Shown one piece after another: positions 20,310 to 31,132 of a stretch of DNA of 33,083 bases. The notes beneath the pieces were generated by a model. The model had not been told where the DNA came from and searched no databases. It saw only the letters and a program-made list of their open reading frames with translations. Position numbers and translations under genes: made by a program. Position 1 is the stretch's first letter; every line of letters begins with the position of its first letter. The stretch lies in sequence record DRR723986_8428. One strand, written 5' to 3'.

Positions 20310-20732
20310 ATGCTGACCGGTAAACCTTTCTCATTGGAAATTATTACGCCCGAGCGCATTGCGTTTGAAGGCACGGTTGAATCGGTGACGGTTCCGGGCG
20401 CATACCGCCCTTTCCAGATCCTGTTTAATCACGCACCGATTATCGCTGAACTTGAGGTGGGCCAGCTCCGCTTTAATGACTCGGCCGATAAACTCTCGGT
20501 GTTTGCCACAGGCGGCGGTTTCGTTCAAGTTCTGGAGAACAAAGTCTCGGTAGTTGTTGAGTCGGCCGAAGATGCGCTGAACATCGACATCGAGCGCGCT
20601 CAGCAGGCACGCCAGCGTGCAGAAGAGCGCCTCCGCAGACGCGACGAAATCGATTTCCACCGCGCAAAGTTCGCACTTCTGCGCGCTACGAACAGACTTA
20701 AGACGGCAAAGTATACTGAGTTTCAACAGTAA
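20310..20732 (+). CDS. atpC: F0F1 ATP synthase subunit epsilon
   Basis: LEIITPE, PG...FQIL.NHAPII, GGF..V, C-terminal helix hairpin IDIERA..A..RAEERL. Directly follows atpD. Confidence 0.95.
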   Translation: MLTGKPFSLEIITPERIAFEGTVESVTVPGAYRPFQILFNHAPIIAELEVGQLRFNDSADKLSVFATGGGFVQVLENKVSVVVESAEDALNIDIERAQQARQRAEERLRRRDEIDFHRAKFALLRATNRLKTAKYTEFQQ

Positions 20733-20752
20733 ACTCTTTTGCCTCCGGCTAA

Positions 20753-20798
20753 TACAAAAGCGAAGTCACGGTATCTACACGGGCTTCGCTTTTTTGTA
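20753..20798 (+). terminator. Intrinsic (potentially bidirectional) terminator after atpC
   Basis: tacaaaAGCGAAGTC...GGCTTCGCTtttttgta: stem with a T-run on the 3' side and an A-run on the 5' side. Confidence 0.85.
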
Positions 20799-20801
20799 CA
20801 C

Positions 20802-20934
20802 AGTCATTCAGGTGACAGGCCGTAGCGTCCATTGGACAGGTCTGTCAAACCTGGCCACGGAACGAAGCTCACAAGTGCGTGACTTAGACTTCCACGGCAG
20901 GCACCGCGCTCACGATGAGCACGCTTTTTTTTTT
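20802..20934 (+). promoter_or_regulatory. Candidate structured leader / attenuator (or sRNA) upstream of guaB
   Basis: Nested stems 20802-20884, then a GCTCA-cga-TGAGC hairpin and T10 ending 19 nt before the guaB ATG. No match to a family I recognise. Confidence 0.45.
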
Positions 20935-20950
20935 GCCAAACAGGTGGTGA

Positions 20951-22438
<1,488 letters not shown>

Positions 22439-22731
22439 TGCAGGACATGCCGCCGGGTTTACGAGATTCGGCGGCAAGTGCAGGCCGGCGGTCCGCTCTT
22501 TTGGGATCTGGGCCGCCCTGCTCATCCAAGGCATTTCTGGGCCAAGGTATTTTTGGCCACTTTTGTAGGTTAGACGGAAACAATCGGCCAATCCTTAGCC
22601 AAGATTTTAGTCGAGAGAACCTAAAAAAATTCCAGGGGTACGAGTGCGCAAGCGTTCGTGCCCTGCGATGTTTAGTCCGGCACGGCATTACAGAGTAGTT
22701 TTACGGTATTCGTACTTCATCAGGAAAAATT

Positions 22732-23808
22732 ATGGATAGAATTAAACAGATTAGAAAAGAACTGGCTAAGAACAAGCTGGATGCGATGATCGTCACCAAC
22801 CTGACGAACATCCAATACCTCACCAATTTTGCCGGCTCCAACGCCACTCTGATTATCAAACCACGTTCACTGGCATTTATTACCGACGGCCGCTATGCTG
22901 AGCAGGTCAAGACTGAGCTGTTCAAACTGCCACGCCTCAAGGTTCTGATTGAACGCAATGTGCTGGGCTGCATCAATGACAAGGATCTGCTCAAAAACTG
23001 CAAAAACGTGGCGATTGAAGGCACGGCGATGAAAGTCGCGCAGTTTGAGCACTTCAGAAAAGGCCTTAAAGGAATCCGACTGAAGTCCACCAGCGGCATC
23101 GTCGAGAAAACGACACAGTCTAAAACCGCGGATGAAGTTGCCCAGATTCGCAAAGCATGTAAAATTACCGACTCCGTCTACAAGTATATTCTGGGCTTCA
23201 TCAAAACCGGAATGACGGAAAATGAGGTTGCAGCGGAAATCTCCTACCAGGGCCGCAAACGCGGCGCTGAAGCCGATGCATTTGAAATTATCGTGGCCAG
23301 TGGCGCACGCAGCGCTCTGCCACACGGCCGTGCCACCAACAAAAAAATCAAGAAAAATGACGTCGTCACTCTCGACTTTGGCTTCCGCTACGGTGGCCTG
23401 CACAGTGACATGACGCGTACTTTTGTAATGGGCCGCCCCAAGCCGGAATTCAAAAAGATTTACGGCCTGGTCAACGATGCTTTGACTGCAACGATTGAGG
23501 CGGCAGCTGTGGGCATGCAAGCCCGCAAGCTGGACGCAATTGCGCGCGATATCATCACCAAGGGCGGCTACGGCAAATATTTCCAGCACTCGCTGGGTCA
23601 CGGCCTTGGCATCGACGTGCACGAAGGCCCGGGGCTGGCACCGACCTCACCGGCGGCCGTCAAACTCGTTGACGGCAATGTCTTTACGCTGGAACCAGGC
23701 ATTTACCTGAAGGATAAGTTTGGTGTGCGCATCGAAGATGATGTGCATTTGACCAAGGGCTCACTGCAAAACTTTACTCGTTCACCAAAAGAGCTGCTGA
23801 GCATCTGA
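22732..23808 (+). CDS. Xaa-Pro peptidase (M24B aminopeptidase P / prolidase family)
   Basis: Creatinase-N domain (TDGRY..Q) and metal ligands DFG, SDMTRT, HSLGHGLG..VHE, EPGIY, GVRIEDD. Confidence 0.93.
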   Translation: MDRIKQIRKELAKNKLDAMIVTNLTNIQYLTNFAGSNATLIIKPRSLAFITDGRYAEQVKTELFKLPRLKVLIERNVLGCINDKDLLKNCKNVAIEGTAMKVAQFEHFRKGLKGIRLKSTSGIVEKTTQSKTADEVAQIRKACKITDSVYKYILGFIKTGMTENEVAAEISYQGRKRGAEADAFEIIVASGARSALPHGRATNKKIKKNDVVTLDFGFRYGGLHSDMTRTFVMGRPKPEFKKIYGLVNDALTATIEAAAVGMQARKLDAIARDIITKGGYGKYFQHSLGHGLGIDVHEGPGLAPTSPAAVKLVDGNVFTLEPGIYLKDKFGVRIEDDVHLTKGSLQNFTRSPKELLSI

Positions 23809-23890
23809 TAGACCTGCTGCTGTTGGCCTTTCCGCGCTCTTTGGGCTGGGAAGGCTGGACAACAGGGATGGTTATTCGGCTAAATCCGTC

Positions 23891-25156
23891 ATGAGTGAGT
23901 TGCGTTCGGTATTAATTGTCAGTCACGATTTTGCGCCCGTTGGCACGAGCGTGGTACAGCGTATCCTGCATTTTGCACGATATCTGCCACGCCATGGCTG
24001 GCAGGCCACTATTCTGTGCGCCGCACCTGCCGAACACAAGGCCTGGGATCATTCATTGCTGCGCCTGGCGCAGGACCTGGGAATTCGGATTATCCGCACG
24101 GGCAACTTTGAGGCGGTGGCGCAGGAAGATAGTATTTCGCCGCCGCGCAGTTCACGCAGCCGCATTCGCAAAAAATTGCACGACTCCGTATCTGTGCCTG
24201 AAGCCGAGATCCGCTGGAGCAAAGAAGCTCTCAAGCAGGGCCGTGAGCTACTGCGCAAGGAGCGTTTTGATGTGATCATGGCAACGGCGCCACCGTTCAC
24301 CAATTTTCTGGTGGCGCGTGACCTGGCTGAAGAGTTTAACATTTCACATGTTGTGGACTATCAGGATCTGTGGGTCGATAACCCCTTCCACTTCCACGCT
24401 TCGCCGATGCACAAGGCGCGCAATATTGCGCATGAGATGACGGTGCTCAAAACCACCGAAAAAATCATTGTGACTTCGCGCCACATCAAAGAGTCGCTGC
24501 TGCGCAGGCATGCTTTCCTGGGCCACAACGATATTGAAATTATTCCGCATGGCTATGATCCGGCGGACTTTGCGCAGCAGCGTGACGTCAAACCGGACCG
24601 CGCGCGTTTTACGATTACACATAGCGGCAAGTTTGTTGAGGACCGTACGCCACGCTACTTTCTGCAGGCTTATGCCGAGTTTTTGCGTGCGGATCCCTCA
24701 CGCAAGGATTACTGCGACGCGCGTTTTGTGGGTGCACTCAAAAAGAGCGAGCGCAAGTTAATTAACAAATACAAGCTGAGTGACAATGTTACGGCCACGG
24801 GTTACGTGACACACTCTGAGGCAATTCGGCACCTGATGGAGTCGGATATTCTGTGGATGATGTGCAAGTTTAATGTCCGCTCTTCCGGCAAATTGTTTGA
24901 ATATTTGGGCGCGCGCAAACCACTGCTCGTCAGCGCGCCGGAAGGCAATATCCGCACCACCGCCAAGAACTCAGGTGCGGCAGTTGTGACGGCGCCGATG
25001 GATGTTGAGGCAATCAAAAAGGCGCTGGAACTGTTTTACAATTTGTGGCAAAACGGCGGCCTGCCGGAAGCCAACGAAGAGTTCGTCAGTCGTTATGATC
25101 GCAGTGAGCTGAGTTCAGACCTGGCACGCGTGCTCGGCATGGCAATGCGCGTTTAA
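23891..25156 (+). CDS. Glycosyltransferase family 4 (GT-B)
   Basis: F.P.G...VQR.L.FA.YL, TAPPF, DYQDLW..NP, IIPHGYD..DF, GKLFEYL...KP. Confidence 0.88.
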   Translation: MSELRSVLIVSHDFAPVGTSVVQRILHFARYLPRHGWQATILCAAPAEHKAWDHSLLRLAQDLGIRIIRTGNFEAVAQEDSISPPRSSRSRIRKKLHDSVSVPEAEIRWSKEALKQGRELLRKERFDVIMATAPPFTNFLVARDLAEEFNISHVVDYQDLWVDNPFHFHASPMHKARNIAHEMTVLKTTEKIIVTSRHIKESLLRRHAFLGHNDIEIIPHGYDPADFAQQRDVKPDRARFTITHSGKFVEDRTPRYFLQAYAEFLRADPSRKDYCDARFVGALKKSERKLINKYKLSDNVTATGYVTHSEAIRHLMESDILWMMCKFNVRSSGKLFEYLGARKPLLVSAPEGNIRTTAKNSGAAVVTAPMDVEAIKKALELFYNLWQNGGLPEANEEFVSRYDRSELSSDLARVLGMAMRV

Positions 25157-25307
25157 GTGTTGATCGGATTAATTGTAGCCTCGGCGTTTAACAAACTTGC
25201 GGCAGACTGAAGAGCTGTGGGTTTGTGACCCGGTGACAAACAAGATGGTATTTGCTGCTCTTAAAAAGACTCTGTTTGCGACCACGGGAAGCAAAGCTGT
25301 TAATATA

Positions 25308-26609
25308 TTAATAGACTACCGACACCAATTCGTTCAGAATATCCGCCAGTTGCCCCGTCAAGTGTTTGCGGTTAAAACGTTTAATATCTGCGGGGTCCGC
25401 TACGGGCAGCGCCTGAATATCCTTGCGTTTAACCACTTCACAGATAGCAGTGGCCAGGCCACGTGTATCACCGGGCTGAACAATTGTAGCCTGCACCTGG
25501 CGGCTGAGAATAGCACCAATATCGTTTTTGGGAACTACCGCAATAATAGGTTTGCCACTACCGATATACTCGAAAACTTTACCGGGAGCAACTGTCTCAA
25601 ATCCAGGGTCGTCGGCGCCAATGTTAAACCAGACGGCGTCAGTTTTTTGGAGGCAGTGGATCGCAATAGGGTGATCCACATAACCGAAGTAGCGCAAACT
25701 GTCGTCGATGCCCATCTCCTCCGCCTGACGGCGAAACTCGGCTTGCATGTAACCCACCATGGTAAAACACAGGCGCGAATAAATCATTGGGAAATGCAGC
25801 TTAATATGCAGCAGCGCTTTAAACAATTCAGTCGGCTTACGGTCCTCGTAGAAGTTGCCGGAATGCACAAAATGCACTGTGCTGTCATCCGGAAAGTCTG
25901 GTCCGTTTAACAGGTTAAGCCGGAAGTCCTCGGGATCAAACCCCTGAGAGATCACGTCGATGCGATCGGCCAAGGTGTCATCATGCGCACCGTGGCGTTT
26001 AATAAAACTATTGCGCACAAAAGCGTTGGTCGTAATAATTCGGTCCACGCCCAGAACAACTTTGCGCTCCAGTTCTTCGGTGCGTTTGCGGTGCCAGGGC
26101 GTCCAGTAGCGATAGTAGGGATAGTCGACCCAGGCGTCGCGGAAATCGGCCACAACGGGCAGGCGGTATTGCTCTTTGAGGTCCAGCGCAAGCAGGTGAT
26201 CAGTAAAGGGCGGTGCCGTACTGAAAATTGCGTCGAACTGACTCATGTCTTTTTCGGACAGGAATTTGATGGCTTCGCGGCGCCAACCGCCCTTGTTATC
26301 GGGCACAAAGAAAAATTGGGACACGCGGTTGAGGAATTTGCGCAGCCCTTCTTTTTCGAGCGCCAGTGTACGCCGTTTTTTGAGGATGGAAAACAGTTTG
26401 CCGGGCTTGGTACGCCAGATTTCGTGTTCACGGCCGCGCAGATCGTCAAGAAGAGACTCATCAAACGCAAAGTAGGCATGCGGGTTGATGGTCAGGACGG
26501 TCGGTTTCCAGCCATAATCCGACAAGTATTTGGCGAATTTGAGTGGACGCTGCACGCCGCTGAACCCCATTGGGGGAAAATAATAGGCAATTACAAGAAC
26601 CGAACGCAT
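25308..26609 (-). CDS. Glycosyltransferase family 4 (GT-B), paralog of 23891..25156
   Basis: YYFPPMGFSGVQRPLKFAKYL, TAPPF, DFRDAW, GFDPEDF, PGKVFEYI.SGKP. Confidence 0.9.
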   Translation of the reverse strand: MRSVLVIAYYFPPMGFSGVQRPLKFAKYLSDYGWKPTVLTINPHAYFAFDESLLDDLRGREHEIWRTKPGKLFSILKKRRTLALEKEGLRKFLNRVSQFFFVPDNKGGWRREAIKFLSEKDMSQFDAIFSTAPPFTDHLLALDLKEQYRLPVVADFRDAWVDYPYYRYWTPWHRKRTEELERKVVLGVDRIITTNAFVRNSFIKRHGAHDDTLADRIDVISQGFDPEDFRLNLLNGPDFPDDSTVHFVHSGNFYEDRKPTELFKALLHIKLHFPMIYSRLCFTMVGYMQAEFRRQAEEMGIDDSLRYFGYVDHPIAIHCLQKTDAVWFNIGADDPGFETVAPGKVFEYIGSGKPIIAVVPKNDIGAILSRQVQATIVQPGDTRGLATAICEVVKRKDIQALPVADPADIKRFNRKHLTGQLADILNELVSVVY

Positions 26610-26757
26610 ATGCTAAGCCGCCAAAGTCGAAGTGTTTCCAGCACAAATATGTGCGAATCAGCGGCATAAAACAATTATTGCGGTCATCAGTAAAAACTGT
26701 GGCTTGTATAATTATTTTGTATCTGCTTCGTTAAAGCTGCCAAATCGTACGATTCGT

Positions 26758-26837
26758 CCGTTGGAGGTGCCGGTGTTTTGCCGGCTGAGATAAGACTCCT
26801 CGAACCTGATCCGGCTAGTACCGGCGGAGGGAAACGG
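26758..26837 (+). ncRNA. TPP (thiamine pyrophosphate) riboswitch, THI element
   Basis: P1 ccgtt/aacgg. GGAGGTGC...CTGAGA-taag-ACTCC...ACCTGATCCGGCTAGTACCGGCGGAGGGA matches the THI-box consensus. Lies upstream of a TonB-dependent receptor. Confidence 0.93.
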
Positions 26838-26977
26838 TGATGAACATGCTTGTGGGAGCGCTCCAGCTCCCTTCCCGCCTGGACATCCTCTTTATTCCAG
26901 ATTCGAAGACAAACCTGCATCCCCTGATGCGGGCCGGACGTGTATTTTTCCGAAACCTTGATCAATCATAAGGTGGA

Positions 26978-29329
26978 ATGATGCGCTTCAAACACTATGT
27001 ACGGGCAGCCGCTTTGGCCTGCCTGGCTCTTCCCTGTTTTAGTGATAACATTTTTGCTCAGGAACAGGATTCGACCGGCACACGCGACTCGGTGCGTGTG
27101 TATGACATGCCGAGTGTCACGGTCAATTCAAACCGCGCCAAACGCGGCACAACGCCTGTGACTTTTTCTGAGATTACGGCTGCCGAGCTGCGCGACGCAC
27201 ACAGCTACCAGGATTTGCCGATTCTGCTGAGCAACCTGCCCTCGACGCTGGTGTACTCTGAGAACGGCAATGGCGTGGGTTATTCCAACATTTCGATTCG
27301 CGGCTTTGACCAGCGCCGGATTGCCGTGATGATCAACGGCGTGCCGCAGAACGACCCTGAAGATCACAATGTCTATTGGATCAACTTCCCGGACCTGGCT
27401 TCAAACCTGGAGTCGATCCAGGTGCAGCGCGGCGCGGGAATTGGCGGTTACGGGCCGGCATCGATTGGCGGCAGCATCAACCTCTCGACTACAAACTTTG
27501 AGAACGAGCGTTCGATCCGTGTTTCGAGCGGCATCGGCCTGCAGGAATTTGGCTCCAGCGACGCGATCCAGCAGACTCTCAACAAATATTCGGTTGAGTT
27601 CTCTTCGGGGCTGACGGACAATTATGCTTTCCGCGGGCGCCTCTCACGGATTGAGTCCGACGGCTATCGCGACCGTTCGTATGCCAAGCTGAACAGTTTC
27701 TTTTTCAGCGGCGTGCGTTATGACGAGCACTTCACGACGCAGATCAATGTTTTTGGCGGTCCCTTAAACGATGGTCTGGTGTATACCGGCCTGCCAAAGG
27801 AATATGTTGAGGACGAACGCCTGCGCCGCACAAATTACAGCGACTGGTGGCGTCTGGATGACGGTACTGTTCAGGGTATTGAGCGCCGCCGCGAGGAGCG
27901 TGAAGTATTCACGCAGCCGCATTATGAGCTGCTCAACACCTGGTTTGTTAATGATGCCGTCACACTCAACAGCGTGCTCTTCTATTATACCGGCGATGGA
28001 TATTTTGACTACGATGCTTCCTGGGCCGGTGCCGAGACTTTTGGCATGACGGAAGAAAATGGATTCCCGGCGGATGCCGCACCGGCGAATGCGATTATCC
28101 GTGCAGATGTGAGCAATCGCCACGTGGGCTGGCTGCCGCGCCTGGAGTGGGCCCGTGAAAATGCGACAACTACGGTTGGCGCTGAGATTCGCTTCCACAC
28201 CAGCGATCACTGGGGCAAAATTCAATATGCTGAGAACCTGCCGGCCGGTTTTGATCCCGATTACAGGTTTTACGAATTTGACGGGACGCGTAATATCTTC
28301 TCACTGTTTGCCCGTGAGCAGCGCACCCTAAGTGAAAATCTGCTGTTCGACGCCGAAGTGCAATTTGTGTATCACAGCTATGCGCGTGGTGGCGAAAAGG
28401 CATTTGGCAGTTTCACCGAGTACGCAACAGTTGGCGGCGGCTCAGTTGGTGGCGGTGATGACCTGTTTAACATCAACTACTTGTTTATTAACCCGCGGGC
28501 AGGGATTGTTTACAAAGTTGACGAGAACCTGAGCAGTTACTTCAGCGCAGCATACACGAGCCGTGAGCCGCGCATGAACAACCTGTACAATGCTTCCAAC
28601 CGCCCGTTTGGTGAGCAGCCGCTGTTTAACTTTGACACGACAAGTACCGGTGAGCGCCAGTATGACTTTGAAGATCCACTGGTTACGCCGGAACGCCTGC
28701 TCAACTTTGAGTTGGGAACAAACTACCGCGAAGGCGGCTTCAGCGCCGGTGTTAACGTTTTCTGGATGGAGTTCTTTGACGAGCTGGTCCAGAACGGCCA
28801 GGTTGACATTTTTGGCGCGCCGATTGACGGTAACGCCGAGCGCACACGCCACGTAGGTGTTGAGATAGAAGCGGCCGGCGTGGTGTTTAACGATAAGGCG
28901 GCCGGCGCTTTGCAGCTGAGCGGTAATCTGAGCCTATCGCAGAACAAGATTGTAGAATACGATTACTTCAACGGCGAAGGCGACTTTGTTTCCTTGAACG
29001 ACAATCCAATCGCCGGCTTCCCAGACCTGCTGCTCAATGCGCGCCTGCTGTACACGCTTGGCGACCTCAACTTCAGCATTCTGGGTAAACACGTTGGTGA
29101 ATTCTACACCGACCTGTTTAAGAACGAAGACAACAAAAACGATGCGTACACAGCGTTTAACCTGGACACCTGGTACGACCTGCGCGGCATCCCTGGTGTG
29201 CGCGAAATGCGCCTGCGTCTGCAGGTTAACAACCTGCTGAACGAACTATATTCGGCTGGTGGTGTTGGCGCGCAGTTCTTCCCTGCCGCTGAGCGCAACT
29301 ACTACTTTGCAGTTTCGATGACACTCTAA
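26978..29329 (+). CDS. TonB-dependent receptor, probable thiamine outer-membrane transporter
   Basis: Signal peptide, SVTV TonB-box-like segment, plug ISIRGFDQRRIAVMINGVPQNDPE..VYW, IQVQRG, C-terminal VNNLLNELY...RNYY. Substrate inferred from the TPP riboswitch. Confidence 0.92.
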   Translation: MMRFKHYVRAAALACLALPCFSDNIFAQEQDSTGTRDSVRVYDMPSVTVNSNRAKRGTTPVTFSEITAAELRDAHSYQDLPILLSNLPSTLVYSENGNGVGYSNISIRGFDQRRIAVMINGVPQNDPEDHNVYWINFPDLASNLESIQVQRGAGIGGYGPASIGGSINLSTTNFENERSIRVSSGIGLQEFGSSDAIQQTLNKYSVEFSSGLTDNYAFRGRLSRIESDGYRDRSYAKLNSFFFSGVRYDEHFTTQINVFGGPLNDGLVYTGLPKEYVEDERLRRTNYSDWWRLDDGTVQGIERRREEREVFTQPHYELLNTWFVNDAVTLNSVLFYYTGDGYFDYDASWAGAETFGMTEENGFPADAAPANAIIRADVSNRHVGWLPRLEWARENATTTVGAEIRFHTSDHWGKIQYAENLPAGFDPDYRFYEFDGTRNIFSLFAREQRTLSENLLFDAEVQFVYHSYARGGEKAFGSFTEYATVGGGSVGGGDDLFNINYLFINPRAGIVYKVDENLSSYFSAAYTSREPRMNNLYNASNRPFGEQPLFNFDTTSTGERQYDFEDPLVTPERLLNFELGTNYREGGFSAGVNVFWMEFFDELVQNGQVDIFGAPIDGNAERTRHVGVEIEAAGVVFNDKAAGALQLSGNLSLSQNKIVEYDYFNGEGDFVSLNDNPIAGFPDLLLNARLLYTLGDLNFSILGKHVGEFYTDLFKNEDNKNDAYTAFNLDTWYDLRGIPGVREMRLRLQVNNLLNELYSAGGVGAQFFPAAERNYYFAVSMTL

Positions 29330-29394
29330 ATCAGACCGCAAGCGATTTCGTATATTGGCCCTTGCATGATTCAAATTCATGGAAGGGCTTTTTT

Positions 29395-29832
29395 ATGGCG
29401 CGAGTGCGAATAGAGCTGCCGGAGACGTTCCAGTTCTCCACGCAGGTTCAGGTACGGATCGATGATATCAATTACGGCGGACACATGGGCAACGACGCGA
29501 TTTTGCGTTATGCACACGAAGCACGCCTGCAATTTTTACAGCATTATGGCATGACGGAAATGGATGCCGGCGGCGAAGGCATTATCATGGCCGACGCGGC
29601 GATCAGTTACAAGGCTGAAGCCTTTCATGGAGACATGCTGTCCGTAGACGTCGGTCTACGCGACTTCAGCAATTTTGGCTGCGATTTAGTCTACCGCTTC
29701 AGACATGCGGACGGCCGTGACGTGGCACTCGTCAAAACCGGGATTGTATTCTTTAACTATACGGCGCGCGAGTTGCGGCCCGTGCCCGATGCATTCCGGC
29801 AGCGCGTGCAGACTCCGGCATCCGAGTCTTAA
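29395..29832 (+). CDS. Acyl-CoA thioesterase (4HBT-like hotdog fold)
   Basis: MARVRIELP start, VRIDDINYGGHMGND, HEARL.FL, AEAFHGD, KTGIVFF.Y. Confidence 0.9.
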   Translation: MARVRIELPETFQFSTQVQVRIDDINYGGHMGNDAILRYAHEARLQFLQHYGMTEMDAGGEGIIMADAAISYKAEAFHGDMLSVDVGLRDFSNFGCDLVYRFRHADGRDVALVKTGIVFFNYTARELRPVPDAFRQRVQTPASES

Positions 29833-29983
29833 GACTTGCAGTCCTGGGCCGCAAAATTGCTCTGACGGCACACTCCAGGCAATTCTCTTCAAGTTTCTGG
29901 ATTCTGCTCCCACAGAATTCGCGTCTTATTCGTTCTGGCTAACAAATTCCTCTCAACGACTGGTTCTCAAAAGGACTACCCGC

Positions 29984-31132
29984 ATGTCGGCAGCACAAGC
30001 GACTCCGCGTTTTGTATCGAAATTTTTGGCTCTAATGCTCCTCACGGTTCTCGGCCCTCTGGGGTTCAGCGCTTGTGACTCCCAGGAGACGGCCGCGCCG
30101 CCGGACCAGGACAGCATCACAGTCATTGGCATGATTAGCGGCGGCCAGAGCGATTCGATTTCGCTGGAAGCATCTACACATCCGGCGGACGTCATTCGCG
30201 GCGCAGGGCGCACCGTCACCACGGTAGCGCTCTTTCCCAATCGCACATTTGAGCTGCGCGCCCACTGGCCCACCGAAAGCAATATTGATATCAGCTACGC
30301 AGGCGAACGTATACTGCGGAATGTCTATATGCGCCCGGGCGACACACTTACGCTGCGCAAAGAAGATGAGGACGTCATCGCCGTCGGCTCAGCACTCTAC
30401 AAATTTCAGCAGGACTTTGCAGTGCGTTTCTTTGACAGTGAGCCAACCAAGATGGAATACGAGCGCCGCTTCGGCATGCCGCCCCCGGCCTACGCTTCCT
30501 ATGTAGACCGCCGGTTGACCGATCAGGTGGGCATGGTGCGCGGCGCCTTTCCACTCGGCTCTGACGACTCGACCTTTATGCAGCACATGATGGACCGCGT
30601 AGAATATTCCTGGGCTTATGATCGCCTGCAGTACGCCTGGAAAACCAGCGACGAGAACAAAGCCACCCTGGAGCGCGACAAGGAAGCCTATTACGAATTC
30701 CTGAGCAGCGTGCGCGTCGACAACCCTAATGCACTAACCAGCGATGAGTACCTGGCCTTTCTGCTGGGATACACGGAGTTTCTGTACGACAGCCTGACCA
30801 GCTTCCGGGCCGAACAGTCTGAGACCGCAGACATGAACCGCATCACAAATGAGGCGGCTGAGCGCTTGCGGCTTATCGACGAATATTTTGACGGCCAGGT
30901 GGAGCAGACCTGCAAGGCACTCTACCTGCACAGCGAAATCAAAACACTCGCGTTTTTGGGAGCGGCCGACACACAGTCCAAAACGCTGTTCAACTTCCTG
31001 GATCGCCGCAACGCGCTCCTCGATTCACTCTATGCCGACTTCCGCGCCAACACCAATGACCGCGAATTCCTGCAGCTGCTCGAAGACCATTACAAAGAAA
31101 CTCTGCAGAAACCGTCGCTACCGGAACTCTAG
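29984..31132 (+). CDS. Hypothetical lipoprotein resembling the N-terminal region of Bacteroidota TlpA-like lipoproteins, with no thioredoxin domain
   Basis: Start moved to ATG 29984, which gives a signal peptide with lipobox FSA-C. VYMRPGDTLTL beta-domain followed by a helical region. Confidence 0.7.
   Translation: MSAAQATPRFVSKFLALMLLTVLGPLGFSACDSQETAAPPDQDSITVIGMISGGQSDSISLEASTHPADVIRGAGRTVTTVALFPNRTFELRAHWPTESNIDISYAGERILRNVYMRPGDTLTLRKEDEDVIAVGSALYKFQQDFAVRFFDSEPTKMEYERRFGMPPPAYASYVDRRLTDQVGMVRGAFPLGSDDSTFMQHMMDRVEYSWAYDRLQYAWKTSDENKATLERDKEAYYEFLSSVRVDNPNALTSDEYLAFLLGYTEFLYDSLTSFRAEQSETADMNRITNEAAERLRLIDEYFDGQVEQTCKALYLHSEIKTLAFLGAADTQSKTLFNFLDRRNALLDSLYADFRANTNDREFLQLLEDHYKETLQKPSLPEL

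Noticed and set aside
20812-20860. Resemblance of the guaB leader to the ZTP riboswitch (gtgacaggc...ccacgg) or to a tRNA D-arm (gtagc...attggacag)
   Set aside because: The ZTP 3' GCCUGGGC pseudoknot hairpin and the GUGG partner are absent. No T-arm GTTCRA or acceptor stem for a tRNA.
22526-22556. Tandem 16-nt repeat as a possible mini-CRISPR
   Set aside because: Two adjacent copies with no spacer and no cas genes.
22867-26669. Long antisense ORFs (e.g. 22867..23622, 25197..25910, 25983..26669; likewise 11455..12162 and 9711..10310)
   Set aside because: They are shadow frames opposite well-supported genes and show no protein-family motifs.
29825-29836. Perfect palindrome agtcttaagact over the thioesterase stop codon
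   Set aside because: Single 12-mer with no second instance noticed, so it cannot be supported as an operator.
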